64,000 nt of DNA from Eledone cirrhosa (GCA_964016885.1 OZ024742.1:28458001-28522000), one strand, 5' to 3'. Numbered from the stretch's first letter, positions 12,998 through 26,997 are shown. Made by a program: numbers and translations. The notes: generated by a model not told the origin, from the letters alone.

Positions 12998-13290
12998 TGA
13001 AGGCGCATGGCTTAGTGGTTAGAGCAGTAGGCTTGCAATCGAAAGGTTGTGAGTTCAATTCTTGGACCGGGTGATGTGTTGTTTCCTTGAGCAAGACACT
13101 TTATTTCACGTTGCTCCAGTTTACTCAGCTGAAAATGAGTACCAGCAATAGCTGGAGGTTTAACCCTGTGATGGACTGGCGTCCTGTCCAGGGGGGAGTC
13201 TTGTGCTCTCAGTCGCTTCACGCCATGAAGCCGGGATAAGCACTGGCCAAATGAGCCTTCTGGCTTAAGACAGACTTTAGACTTATGGCC
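12998..13290 (+). mobile_element. tRNA-derived SINE (family 1), near full length
   Basis: A-box TGGCTTAGTGG, B-box GAGTTCAATTC, CORE-like TTCCTTGAGCAAGACACTTT; other copies at 12716, 48060, 52870 (minus) and 53489. Confidence 0.85.
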
Positions 13291-13445
13291 TGCTCGCCCA
13301 ACCAGTGGGATGGCATCATCGTATGGCTAAAACAGCATGTGCTGTGACCAGCTGCGCCGAATGGCACCTGACAGACTGGTCGGTCAAGGTGATCAAGGTG
13401 ATATATATACATACACGCACGCACAAGAATATAACTATAAACTTA

Positions 13446-13608
13446 CTGTATTTTCCGGCGCCGAAGATACTTCGTCCTCGAGGACGGACCCTAATTTTGA
13501 CAACCAAATATTTGAAAAAGATAAACCTTCGGTCTCCAGGACACTTGGTAGATTGTTTTAGACTTATTTTAGGAAAAAAAGTAGCATCTTCAGCGCCGGG
13601 AAATATGG
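13446..13608. mobile_element. pogo/Tc2-like MITE
   Basis: TIRs CTGTATTTTCCGGCGCCGAAGAT / ATCTTCAGCGCCGGGAAATATGG flanked by TA. Confidence 0.75.
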
Positions 13609-13611
13609 TAT

Positions 13612-14020
13612 ATATGTCTGTGTGCGTGTTTATATGTCTGTGTGTGTTTATATGTCTGTGTGTGTTCATATGTCTGTGTGTGTGTTTATATGTCTCTGTA
13701 TATATATGTCTGTGTGTGTGTTTATATGTCTGTGTGTGTTCATATGTCTGTGTGTGTTTATATGTCTGTGTGTGTTTATATGTCTGTGTGTGTTTATATG
13801 TCTGTGTGTGTGTTTATATGTCTGTGTGTGTGTTTATATGTCTGTGTGTGTGTTTATATGTCTCTGTATATATATGTCTGTGTGTGTGTTTATATGTCTG
13901 TGTGTTTATATGTCTGTGTGTGTTTATATGTGTGTGTGTGTTCATATGTCTGTGTGTGTGTTTATATGTCTGTGTGTGTTTATATGTCTGTGTGTGTGTT
14001 TATATGTCTGTGTGTGTGTT
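13612..14020. repeat. (TATATGTCTGTGTGTGTT)-type minisatellite
   Basis: 16-20 bp units visible directly. Confidence 0.85.
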
Positions 14021-14029
14021 AGTATGCCT

Positions 14030-15010
14030 GTGGTTTGGCACTCAGGTCGAATCATGTCTTCTTTGTCTGAGTTCAAATCCTGCCAATGTTAAATTTGTCT
14101 TTCATCTTTACGGGGTCAATAAAATAAGGTACCAGTAATGTACTGGGGTTGACTAAATCAATTTCTCTTCCCTAAAATTGTTTGTGCCTAAATCAGAAAC
14201 GATTATTATTGATTAGCAGTATCGGTAGAGATTCGGACGCCATGCTTTCCAGCATAGTTACGTCCCTTTACGGACTGAGTTCAAATCCCGCCGGGGTTAG
14301 CTTTGCCTTTCATCCTTATGGGGTCGATAGAATAAAGTACCAGTAATGTACTGGTTAATTGCTGGCCTTGTGCCTAAATGAGAAACCATTATTATTATTA
14401 TCGAAGGAGGTGCATTGGTAGAATTGGTAGAGTGTCGGACACCATGGTAGAATTGGTAGAGTGTCGGACACCATGGTAGAATTGGTAGAGTGTCGGACAT
14501 CATGGTAGAATTGGTAGAGTGTCGGATATCATGGTAGAATTGGTAGAGTGTCGGACACCATGGTAGAATTGGTAGAGTGTCGGACATCATGGTAGAATTG
14601 GTAGAGTGTCGGACACCATGGTAGAATTGGTAGAGTGTCGGACACCATGCTTCACAGCATAGGATTATAATAATAATGATAATAATGAAATTATTGTGTA
14701 CAGAGCTCAGGTGCACTACAACTCATCAAAGGTGCATGTCTAGCACATAGAATAATATACAAATGTCAGGGGAGTGAATAGTGTATGGATCATGATATAC
14801 ATGTGTGTATAGAGGGGGAATATTTGGTGTAGTGTTGGAGAATCTCAGGAAGAATGGAGGTTTTATCACTTTAAGCTCTGAGTTCAAGTCCTGCTGAGGT
14901 AAGTTTTGTCATTCATCCTTATAGGGTTTTTTAAACAGAATACTAGAAATGTACTGGGCTCAATTTAATTAACATTCCCCTTCCCTGCAAATTGCTGGTC
15001 AACTGTCAAT
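14030..15010 (+). mobile_element. Cluster of three SINE family 2 copies
   Basis: Repeated CTGAGTTCAAATCC..TTTGCCTTTCATCCTTA.GGGGTC.ATA.AATAA.GTACCAGTAATGTACTGG. Confidence 0.8.
14417..14649 (+). repeat. 29 bp tandem repeat x8 (SINE head / A-box unit)
   Basis: GGTAGAATTGGTAGAGTGTCGGACACCAT repeated without spacers. Confidence 0.9.
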
Positions 15011-15034
15011 ACAATTATTACTTCTACTACTATT

Positions 15035-15035
15035 T

Positions 15036-15067
<32 letters not shown>

Positions 15068-15221
15068 GGTGGTGGTGGTGTAGGCGGTAATGGTAGTAGT
15101 AGTAATAGTGGTGGTGGTGGTAGAAGTAGTAATGGTAGTACTAGTAATGGTAGTAGTAGTAGTAGTGTGGGTGGGGGCGGTAATGGTAGTAGTAGTAGTA
15201 GTGTGGGTGGGGGCGGTAATG

Positions 15222-15253
<32 letters not shown>

Positions 15254-15680
15254 GGTGGTGGTAATGGTAGTAGTAGTAATGGTAGTACTAGTAATGGTAG
15301 TACTAGTAATGGTAGTACTAGTAGTGGTGGTGGTGGCAGCAGTAATGGTAGTAGTAGTAATGGTAGTAGTAGTAGTAGTGTGGGTGGGGGCGGTAATGGT
15401 AGTAGTAGTAGTAGTGTGGGTGGGGGCGGTAATGGTAGTAGTAGTAGTAGTGGTGGTGGTAGTGGTGGTGGTAATGGTAGTACTAGTAATGGTAGTACTA
15501 GTAATGGTAGTACTAGTAATGGTAGTACTAGTAATGGTAGTACTAGTAGTGGTGGTGGTGGCAGCAGTAATGGTAGTAGTAGTAATTGTAGTAGTGATGG
15601 TGGTAGTAGTAATGGTACTAATGGTAGTAATAGTAATAGTAGTAGTAGCAGCAGCAGTAGTAGTAGCAGTAGTAGTAGTA
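15035..15680. repeat. Compound (GTA)/(GGT) trinucleotide repeat
   Basis: Seen directly; yields spurious poly-V/L/S ORFs. Confidence 0.9.
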
Positions 15681-16011
15681 TTGTAAGATGCAAAGTCATG
15701 AGGTTGATAATATGTTTATAAAAGATATACAAATTACATTAGTCACCTGAAGTTTGTTCAGTCTGTGACTTGCCGACTTGTGATTTGTTATCAAAGATTT
15801 TTCATTTTACTGATATTTATATATTTTCTATATATATCTTTCATATTACTAATATATTTCCATAATATATTATTAATGCTAATTCATGGTATTGTGCACT
15901 GCATGCTTTGATCTCCTTGAGAAGATATATATATAATTGGTGTGGGATGCTTAAAGCATCCATAAGCGGCAGACCGTTTGAGCACTTGATGCTCTTACAG
16001 AGCAGAGTATG

Positions 16012-16328
16012 ATATCACATAAGAAACGGAGAATCAGTGTTGCGACGAATAAAATGTATTAGACATATTACAATCGTTTCTCTGGCAACCAGCTCGAGGC
16101 ACGATCGCTGTAATGATCAAACCGGACTCTGAAATCGCAAGGTCCTCAGATACGTCTTGATTCAACTCTGCTTCGTAGAATCGACACGTATCTGAGGACC
16201 TTGCGATTTCAGAGTCCGGTTTGATCATTACAGCGATCGTGCCTCGAGTTGGTTGCCAGAGAAACGATTGTAATATGTCTAATAAATTTATTCGTCACAA
16301 CACTGATTCTTCGTTTCTTATGTGATAT
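16012..16328. repeat. Inverted repeat (~144 bp arms, ~30 nt spacer) with a hammerhead in each arm
   Basis: Arms 16012-16155 and 16186-16328 are near-perfect reverse complements. Confidence 0.92.
16061..16157 (-). ncRNA. Type-I hammerhead ribozyme candidate with long domain II
   Basis: AGACGTAT-CTGAGGA-(~60 nt)-GAAAC-GATT-GTA-ATATGTCT; 8 bp stem I. Confidence 0.7.
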
Positions 16329-16335
16329 ATATATA

Positions 16336-17975
16336 TCATCATCATCATCATCTTCGTTTAACGTCCATTTTCAATGCTAGCATGGGTTAGACGGGAGTTG
16401 TCCCACTTGAGGCAAGGTGGGTCGGCTGACCGTGTCTCGCTCATATAGGACTATCTGGCAGGTTTTCTACGGCTGGATGCTCTTCCTAACATCAACCACA
16501 TTTACAGTGTGGAACTGGGAACTTTTTACCGTGTTACCTACACGGCCACATTACAGCATGGACTGTGTGTTTTTTTCTCGTGAGACTTACATGATCTCAA
16601 TCTCATTTATCTCATTTATTTGGACTGGATGTTGTGGTACCAACTTTATAGAGAGAGGGTGGTGTTGGTGGGAGTGGGAGGATAGGGTAGAGGTAGTGGG
16701 ATTGGGGTGTATATTTGGTTAAGAGGTGCCTACTGACTGTAGATTTTGCTTTGTACATAGGCAAGGTGGGTCTTCTGTATTACTGCGTAGTGCCAAAGAT
16801 CTCGGTCCAGTGACATTTTCTTAGAGAGGTGCAAGTGTGTGAGGTCGGAATTTATCAGATCGTCCCAGGTTTTTCTAGGTCTACCTACTCCGTAACTACC
16901 ATCAATTTTGATCGCCCTGCACTTTTTTATACAGCTGTTGTCTTTCATGCGCATCACGTGGCCATACCAACGTAGTCTTCTATTGAGTAAACAGCATCTG
17001 GTCCCTCTTATTCCTAATTTCTCACTTAGTTCACTTATGCTTTGCCGTTCACGTATATTACTATTACACATCCAACAGAGCATGCATGCTTTTTTCCTTT
17101 CCAGTCTACGCAGGTCCTCTGCACGTAATGCCCATGTCTCACTGCCATGTAGCATTGCTGTTCGTATACAAACATCATACAATCTGCCTTTCATTTTTAG
17201 AGAGAAAACTTTTGTGGCCAACAACGGTATAAGCTCTCTGATCTTTTTCTATCCCATTCTGACTCTGGCTACTGTACTTTCAGAACACCCTCCACCACTG
17301 CTGATTTTGTCACCCATGTAACGGAAAGTATCCACTATTTCTATAGAACCTTCTGGGCAATAGAAGGGGCTAGTATCCTGTGGACACTTGCTACCTATTG
17401 CACCTGAGCACCGGCCACATATAAATCTACGTTCTTAGATAGTTTACCTGTGATCCCACTACATCTTTTATGTACCCATACTTTTTCATTTGGGACATAA
17501 AATTGAATTTCTGCCTACTCCTTTCCTACACACTGAGCAAGGCCATTTCCTTGAGGGTACCTGTGCCTTATTTTCCTTTCTACAAACTAGGACTTTAGTC
17601 TTAGACAAGTTAACTTTAAGGCCTTTTGATTCTAGGTCATGCTTCAATGTTTGGAATTTCTTTTCTAGGTCAGCCATTGATTCAGCTATGAGCGTTAGAT
17701 CATCTGCGTATAGGATTTCCCATGGGCAGCCGGTCTTGAACTCCTCTGTTATAGCCTGAAGGGCAATAATAAATAGGAGGGGGTTAAGGACAGAGCCTTG
17801 GTGAACACCAACTTTTACACTAAATTCTTCACAATATTCATTGTTAACTCTAACCTTACTGACTGTTTCATTATACATAGCTTGTATAGCTCTCACAAGC
17901 CATTCATCTACACCTAGTTTTCTAAGAGCCCACCAGATAATGGAGAGGGCAACTCTGTCAAAGGCTTTTTCCAGG
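16336..17975 (-). mobile_element. 5'-truncated, decayed RTE LINE
   Basis: LEKAFD, GVHQGSVL, YADD, RLRWYGHV in ORFs 17486-17992 and 16730-17224; (CAT)n on the plus strand at 16336. Confidence 0.93.
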
Positions 17976-18107
17976 TATATATATATATACATATTATATA
18001 TATATATATATTATATATATATATATATTATATATATATATATATTTATACATATATATATATATGCATATAAATATACATATATATGCATATAAATATA
18101 CATACAT

Positions 18108-18138
<31 letters not shown>

Positions 18139-18209
18139 TATATGCATATGAATATACAGATATATATATATGCATATAAATATACATATATATGCATATA
18201 AATATACAT

Positions 18210-18240
<31 letters not shown>

Positions 18241-18431
18241 TATATGCATATAAATATACAGATATATATATATGCATATAAATATACATATATATGCATA
18301 TAAATATACATATATATAAGCATATAAATATACATATATATAAGCATATAAATATACATATATATAAGCATATAAATATACATATATATATAAGCATATA
18401 AATATACATATATATAAGCATATATATATAT

Positions 18432-18473
<42 letters not shown>

Positions 18474-18624
18474 TATATACACATACATATATATATATAT
18501 ATACATATATATAAATATATGTATATATGAATATACATATGTATATATATATATACATATTTATATATATACATATATATAAACATATGTATATATGTAT
18601 ATACATATATATATATATATATAA

Positions 18625-18661
<37 letters not shown>

Positions 18662-19246
18662 AATGAAAATATAGAAATTAATGCGAGCAAGAAGCCAACA
18701 GTATTTCATAATATATAAGTGACTATAACGTCAAAATGGAAAATAATTAACGTAAGATTTGGGAAAATAATTCAAACTCAATTAAAAAAAAAACCAAGAC
18801 AGAGATTTTATCCACAGATTTTGTGAAATCCAGGGAAAAAAACCAATAGAGTCTTAACTCAGAATAAAATAAAGTTTAAATACTCATCCTTCAATTTTGA
18901 AAAACTACAAATGCTCTATATACTCTTAAAAAGACTATTTCACGAAACTTTTCAGTGGGATTAGTCACGGTAGGAGTCATTCCTCAGTAGAGCTCTGCGC
19001 TATAACCAAAAGACCACTGCCAAAATATGCCAAAAAGGGAATTTAAAAGCAGGCTAGTTCACTTCGTGCGGAATTATGAAAATAAACACACACGGAGGAC
19101 ATGGCTGGTGACGTCAGAATGAGACGAATGTCTGTTTACAAGAAACAGCAGTCAAAAACTTTCCGAAAAAACTCTACAAAATGTTATGAGTTCAGCAAAA
19201 TAGTTATACATGATTAACAAAACTACATGATTAGCAAAACTACATG

Positions 19247-19316
<70 letters not shown>

Positions 19317-19370
19317 GGTTTGAGGTTCACCACTGTATAGAGCTGTATCAGCCTCCTGTCATTTCATTAT

Positions 19371-19465
<95 letters not shown>

Positions 19466-19466
19466 G

Positions 19467-19498
<32 letters not shown>

Positions 19499-19548
19499 TG
19501 TATATATATGTATATATGTATATATATATGTATATATATGTATATATG

Positions 19549-19641
<93 letters not shown>

Positions 19642-19653
19642 ATATATATATAT

Positions 19654-19793
19654 AACGAAGGAAATGTGGCAAGGAACCAGATGGACCATAACACACCAAA
19701 GTACTCAATACTTAGAGTAGTAGAGTGGGTAATAGGAACAAGTATGACCCCGACAGCAGAGCTCAAGCCGTTTCGACAGCTATTTCTGGACGC
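19654..19793 (-). mobile_element. (TA)n-flanked island with a hammerhead 3' half and the bulged hairpin
   Basis: Minus strand GAAAC-GGC-TTGAGCTCT-GCT-GTC-GGGGTC followed by ACTC-TACT-ACTCTA-AGTA-TT-GAGTAC. Confidence 0.6.
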
Positions 19794-19846
19794 ATATATA
19801 TATATATACATATGTATGTATATATATATATATATACATATGTATG

Positions 19847-19877
<31 letters not shown>

Positions 19878-19885
19878 ACATATAT

Positions 19886-19937
<52 letters not shown>

Positions 19938-19950
19938 GTATGTATGTATG

Positions 19951-19986
<36 letters not shown>

Positions 19987-20551
19987 CATGTAGGTTTGTT
20001 AATCATGTAACATGTTCAACTGTTGTATAATCAGGGTGCATTTGGTTCATGTAGTTTATTTTTATTGGGTAAAATGTCTGCTGTATCCATTGTGTTCAAT
20101 TTATAACTGTACTGGTGTATATTTTGCTCTACTAAATCATTTGTGTATCCTTTATCGGCAAAACATTTCTTTCCTTGTATTAATTTCCTTTTGTAGTATT
20201 GGAAATACTTTATGGAAACGAATCTAAAGGTTATTGCTCTAATATTCATTTCTCAAAGATGGTGAAACGAAGATCTTTGAAACTTACATGGACAAATAAA
20301 CTTTATTGTTCCAAAGAATATATAAAAGACTAATAAAGAAATATAAAACAGGCTTAATAAAGGAAAGATCAAACTGAGCACACTTAGTCACACACACACA
20401 TATATATATTTATACATATATATATATGAGTGCGTGTGTGTATATCATCTTCACAGCTTTGTGTCTGCTTTCCAATGCTAACGGACATATAAATATATAT
20501 ATATACATATATCACTGAGTGGGTGTATGTATGGGGAGAGTTGTGGCATAA

Positions 20552-20597
<46 letters not shown>

Positions 20598-20694
20598 CAC
20601 TAACTATAGTGTCATTTAAGTACAATTGTTTCACTGGCCATCTGTTTCACATTTTCACTCAGTCAACTCCCAGATCCTCAGCCTTTATATATCT

Positions 20695-20829
<135 letters not shown>

Positions 20830-21033
20830 GGAGAGAGAGATAAGTATCTGATTAACTTGCTTATTTTTCTTGTGTTTTACACTTATGGCCCGTCTCAAAG
20901 CTATTCCGAATTGCATAATGATTATGCCATGTTAGGGTTCAACTCCTTACTTCACATTCCCCACAGATGAGTATAAACAATGACTATTAAAACCAGTATA
21001 TATATATTCATATATTTGTATGTCTTATATATA

Positions 21034-21100
<67 letters not shown>

Positions 21101-21169
21101 TCATCATACGTCTGTTTTTCGAAAGGGTATATATATATATATGTATATAAATATATGCATTACATATGC

Positions 21170-21201
<32 letters not shown>

Positions 21202-21744
21202 GTATATATATATATGCATCATATATATATACTTATATATATGTATTATATATACATATATATATGTATATATGTAAATATATGTATGTGTGTGTGAATT
21301 ATATATATTTCTGCTCAATCTGAATTACTCTCTTCAATCTGTCTTTTTGGCCCTATTTTTAACAATAATTTACCTTTCCCTTTCTCCCCCTTACCCTCAC
21401 ATTCTTACAGACACCTTTACTCTTTCTCTCTGTATTTCCCCTAGCATTATTCTTACCTCTTTCACATCTCCTGTATATCTCTGACATTTATTCTGCTCCT
21501 TACTGCTGTCTAACACAGTCATACCATTTCATTTAATACATCACTCACTCATTCAATCACACAAATATCAAACACACACACATTTCCAACACATGTATCT
21601 CACAGTTTCAAATACCCTAAATATGTGTGTTTCTGTACACACACAACTTTCACATTTACAAAACATAAGTATGTACCCTACACATACACAGGACACATTC
21701 AAACAAATATTAACATATGTATACCTCAACACACACACACATAG

Positions 21745-21801
<57 letters not shown>

Positions 21802-21803
<2 letters not shown>

Positions 21804-22695
21804 GGGTGCGGACGATATTTGTTCGCAAGATTACTGTCTAGGAAAAATTAACACAGTAGTTTTATTTTTTAAGATATATTTATCAAACTTGGGTCAGTTT
21901 GTCTTCATGACTTGTTCTTTCCATCTCACTCAATAAACCCGCCATTGGCTTTGATGACGGCCTCAAGGCAGCCTCGGAACCGGCTACAGGCCTTCGTCAC
22001 TGTCCCCTGACTTAGCCCCTAAAGACACTTGTGATCCTGACCCTCAGATCGTCTTTCGTATTGCAGCTAGATCTGTTGGTGTCACATTCCACTGCGCCCC
22101 ACACAAAGAAGTCGAGGGGGTTGCAGTCAGGCGAGCTGGGAGGCCAGATGTGAAGTGTGGTCGATGAAGTTCTCTGACAGCCAGGCTTGGGTCTTTCGGC
22201 TGGTATGGCAGGGCGCTGAGTCTTGCTGCCACACGTACGGCCTACCTGCCGCTACCTGGTTGATCCAGGGCTTTACTACCTCACTCAGAACGTGGATGTA
22301 GCCATCGGTGTTCAGCTTGAGGCCCTCAGGGAAGAAGTGAGGTGGCATGACGTCACCTTGACTGCTGACGACACCTAAGACCAATGTTGTCGCTGGAAAC
22401 TTTGTCTACATGACTTTGGATGAGACACCATTCTCCTGCTGACGCTGAGAAAGTCTGAAATTTCCTTATTTGCCCTCCCGGCACGGATTCCAAGAAGAAC
22501 TTCCACAAATTTGGAGGTTCAAAATTATTCATAATCAATTATTCATAATCAAAATTATTCATAATCAATTATTCTGAAAATAAATAATGGAAATATAGTC
22601 ACTGTTTTTATGAAGACAAGAGTGACAACGGAAGTAAAAAAAAATTGCATAAAATTAGCAGTTGAAAATTGCAAACAAATATCGTCCTCACCATA
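21802..22695 (-). mobile_element. Internally deleted IS630-Tc1-mariner DD37D (maT) element
   Basis: TIR AGGGTGCGGACGATATTTG / CAAATATCGTCCTCACC; WQQDSAPCH motif; homologous to 29784-30674. Confidence 0.88.
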
Positions 22696-22767
22696 TATAT
22701 ATATATATATATAGATATAGATATAAAAATAAATATACACGGGTGTGTATGATTGTGTATAGAAGAT

Positions 22768-23158
22768 TATATTAATAAAAGGAATTCCAACTTTGTCTGA
22801 TTTACTCGTTTTATTTACAATCCTTTAAAATTTATAATGGTATTAGAATGAAATAGTATGGTAGAATATTAACTGTTAAATGTTAATTGAACAAGTACTT
22901 TCATGCTTTCAAAATCTTCAGGTTCATATTCAGTGGTGACAGTCAAGTTCGCAATTTTCAACTGTTGAAAATTGTAAACTTGACTGTCACCACTGAATAT
23001 GAACCTGAAGATTTTGAAAGCATGAAAGTACTTGTTCAATTAACATTTAACAGTTAATATTCTACCATACTATTTCATTCTAATACCATTATAAATTTTA
23101 AAGGATTGTAAATAAAACGAGTAAATCAGACAAAGTTGGAATTCCTTTTGTTAATATA
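22768..23158. repeat. Near-perfect palindrome (~195 bp arms) with a hammerhead in each arm
   Basis: Centre TTTTCAAC-T-GTTGAAAA at 22963; few mismatches. Confidence 0.95.
23000..23038 (+). ncRNA. Minimal type-I hammerhead candidate
   Basis: TGAAC-CTGAAGA-TTTTGAAAGCAT-GAAA-GTAC-TT-GTTCA; palindromic stem III AGTACT; mirror copy at 22888-22926 (minus). Confidence 0.7.
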
Positions 23159-23159
23159 T

Positions 23160-24731
23160 ATCATCATCATCATCATCATCATCATCAACGTTTAACGTCC
23201 GTGTTCCACGCTTGCATGGGTTTGGACGGGGGTAGTCCCACTTGGGCAAGAGTGATTGTCTTGCTCGCATAGGACTGTCTGGCAGGTTTTCTACAGTTGG
23301 ATGCCCTTCCTAACACCAACCACATTTACAGTGTGGGTCTGGGAGGTTTTTACCGTGTTGCCTACACGGCCACATTACAGCGTGGACTGTGTGTTTTTTT
23401 GTCGTGACACCTACACGATCTCATTTGTTTCGGCCTGGATGGCGCGGCACCAACATAACTTTACATAGAACGGGGTGGTATGGATGGGGTGGGGGTGGCG
23501 GCGGGAGGGGTGTATTTTGTTAGAGATGCCTACTGGCAAGGCGGGTCTTCTCTGTTACTGAGTACCGCCAAAGGTCACGGTCCAGTGACATTGTCTTGGA
23601 GAGGTGTAAGTGTGTGAGGTCGGAGTTTATCAGCTCATCCCATGTTTTTCTAGGTCTGCCTATTCCGTGGCTACCGTCTATCTTTATTGCCCTGCACTTT
23701 GTAATACAGCTATCGACTTTCATGCGCATCACGTGTCCATACCAACGCAGCCTTCTCTCGAGTAAACAACATCTGATCCCTCTTATCTCTAATTTTTTCC
23801 TTAGTTCGTTTATGCTTTGCCGTTCACGTATATTACTGTTACACATCCAGCGGAGCATGCAAGCTTCGTTCCTCTCTAGTCTGCGTATATCCTCTGCACA
23901 CAATGCCCAGGTCTCACTACCATGCAACATTGCTGTTCGTATGCAGGCATCGTACAACCTGCCTTTCATTTTTAGGGAGAACCCTTTAGCAGCTAATAGT
24001 GGTATAAGCTCTCTGAACTTTTTCCAACCAGTTCTGACTCTAGCTACAGTACTTTCAGAGCACCCTCCCCCACTGCTGATTTTATCGCCCAGGTAACGGA
24101 AGCTGTCCACTATTTCTATAGAACCCTCTGCGCAATTGAAAGAGCTAGTATTTTGTGGGCACTTGCTGCTACTTATTGCACCAGAACACCGGCCACATGT
24201 AAAGTCTATGTTCTTAGTTAGCTTACCTGTGATCCCACTACATCTTTTATGCACCCATACTTTGCATTTAGGACATAAGATGGAGTTTCTACCTACGCCT
24301 TTCCTACATACCGAGCACGACCATTTCCCAGAAGGGACCGCCGCCTTGTTTTCTTTCCTACAAACTAGAACTTTGGTCTTAGCCAGGTTAATTTTAAGTC
24401 CTTTTGACTCTAGGCCGTGCTTCCATGTTTGGAATTTCTTCTCTAGCTCGGCCATTGATTCCGCTATGAGTGTCAGGTCGTCTGCGTATAGGAGTTCCCA
24501 TGGGCAGCCTGTCTTGAACTCCTCTGTTATAGCCTGAAGGGCAATAATAAATAGTAGGGGGCTGAGAACAGAGCCCTGATGGACGCCAACTTTTATGCTA
24601 AACTCTTCACTATATTCGTTGTTAATTCTAACCTTGCTGACTGTTTCTTTATACATGGCTTGTATAGCCCTCACAAGCCATTCGTCAACACCTAGTTTTC
24701 TAAGAGCCCACCAGATAATGGAGCGGGGGAC

Positions 24732-24735
<4 letters not shown>
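23160..24735 (-). mobile_element. 5'-truncated RTE LINE with uninterrupted partial RT ORF
   Basis: ORF 23520-24735 with GVHQGSVLSP, YADD, FRYLG, RLRWYGHV; (CAT)n tail and (TA)n on both sides. Confidence 0.95.
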
Positions 24736-24786
<51 letters not shown>

Positions 24787-26390
24787 CTGTGATGCTGAAG
24801 CTGGACAGTACTCAATCCATGGGGTGATGTAGAGTGGGTATAGAGAGTTTACATCTCTCTATCTCTCTTGCAAGCAGGGAAAAGGGGACGTAAAATGATA
24901 ATGATATATATATATATATACAGACATAGATGCATATATTTTCTTTCTGTTGTATGGTTTAACTAGTACGTAGGTGGTCTTGTGATCCAGTCACTCTGGT
25001 CAGCAGATTGTGGTGTAATAAGCAAAAGCACTCAACATAATGTCTATCTTCCTTCATAGATTTGGTATCTCACAGGTAATACATAAATGGAGTTAAATAC
25101 TTTAATGAAAAACATGTAATGGCCAGATTCCATGACATCTTTTATTGTAAAATAGTTAATGGAATCCAGTCTTCCCACGTTTTTCATTGATATATATATA
25201 TATATATATGCATGTATTATATATATATACATCCAACACATGGCTATCCCACTATATTCCACACAGACAAACACCAAGCATTACACATACACACACTGAC
25301 ACATATTGCACCATGCACTTATTTCATGACACTGCATCACACACACATACTCATATGATGCATCATACACACACTAGCACACTATATTTATTACACACAC
25401 ACACATATTCCACAATATACATAAACACACACACTGCACCATACTCATACTGCATCATGGACACAAATATAACACAGTTACAATAACTCCCTGCAGTGCA
25501 TATATACACCATACCCACACATATGCACCCAGACACATGCACACTGACATACACACAGACACAAACACACATATAGACAGACACACACACACATACAGAC
25601 ATATATACACACACACAGACACACATCTGCACACATACACACACATACACACACATTAATCAGCAAACCTCATTTTCTTTTTCATCTTTGAAACACAAAC
25701 ATGCTGCATTATGCACCAACACACTCCACACCATACACATATGCACACACACACACGTTGCACCATGTATACATGCACACACACAAACATGCACACTCAT
25801 GCATACACGCATGCGCACATACACATGCACACACATACACATGTTGCACCATACACACACACATGCACACAAACACAGCACACACACATGTACACCCTGC
25901 AGTCAACAATTCTAAACTTCCTTTCACCCTCCCCCCCCACTCACCCAGCCGCCACCAACCACCATCATGAACCAATTCAAACAGAAACACAACCAACAAC
26001 AACAACAACACGACTCAACATTGTCTGTCTTTGAATATTCTGTAAAATTTAATAAGTCTGTGTGTCTTTTGGTGAGAGGTATTCTATCATTTCATGCAGG
26101 CTTCTACTTCACAGAAATATTGCTACACCCACCCACCCTTCTCCTATTTATGCCCCACCCTCATCTATACTCTTCACCCACTTTCTAGCTTTGATTAACT
26201 CTTTTGTTACCAGATTTCTAATGAAAGACAATGCAGATGATTTTTTTTTAAATGTTTCTGAAAATATTCAAGAATTTTGAAGGATTTAGTAATATAACAA
26301 ACTTTGTTGTTATTAAGCTGTTGTTTGGAGCATAACTTAAAGGTTCTTGCATAAAATTAGGATGAAAGACTTTTAGATAAATAAAAACAC

Positions 26391-26617
26391 TTAAACCCTT
26401 TAGCATTTACAATACTCTGTATTTACTATTATATTTTCACAGTGAGGGCTTTACCTCATAAATATCTCTCATAATATCGAATCTATAAGATTTTGATAGT
26501 ATTCATTTTGAGAACAAGACCTTAACATCAGTATGAGGGGCTGATTATAGCCAGTTTGAACAGAAAGAGTTGAAAGAATTATGTCCGGATATGGTTGGTT
26601 TAAATGCTAAAGGGTTA
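26391..26617. mobile_element. Possible piggyBac-like MITE
   Basis: Termini AACCCTTTAGCATTTA / TAAATGCTAAAGGGTT; TTAA-like flanks are imperfect. Confidence 0.45.
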
Positions 26618-26934
26618 GCCCTTTCGTTAGTGTAATTCTAATAACAGACTGCCTATAATTTTGAAACAAAAATACAAATAAAACAACCAAGGAATTTTAT
26701 CAGACAATTTTACTATTTGGACAATTCATTGCCATGAAATGGTACAATCTTTTATCAACCACAGAAGGATGAAAGACAAAGGCGACCTCAGTGGGATTTG
26801 AACTCAGAATATAAAGAGGTGGAACAAATACTACCTGCTGGGAGGAATATTTGAGGACTCCCCCCCCCCACAACTCTCTCCAGAAGAAGAAGAACAACAA
26901 CAACAACACTGTAAATCAATTTGTTGGATGCTGA

Positions 26935-26997
<63 letters not shown>

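Noticed and set aside
12998-13075. tRNA gene
   Set aside because: A and B boxes are present but continue into a multi-copy SINE body; no clean acceptor stem
14417-14649. CRISPR-like 29 bp repeats
   Set aside because: No spacers, SINE-derived, no cas genes, eukaryotic context
14965-15732. Poly-L/V/S-G ORFs (also 26928, 32318, 54592)
   Set aside because: Trinucleotide repeats open in several frames on both strands; no domain or splice evidence
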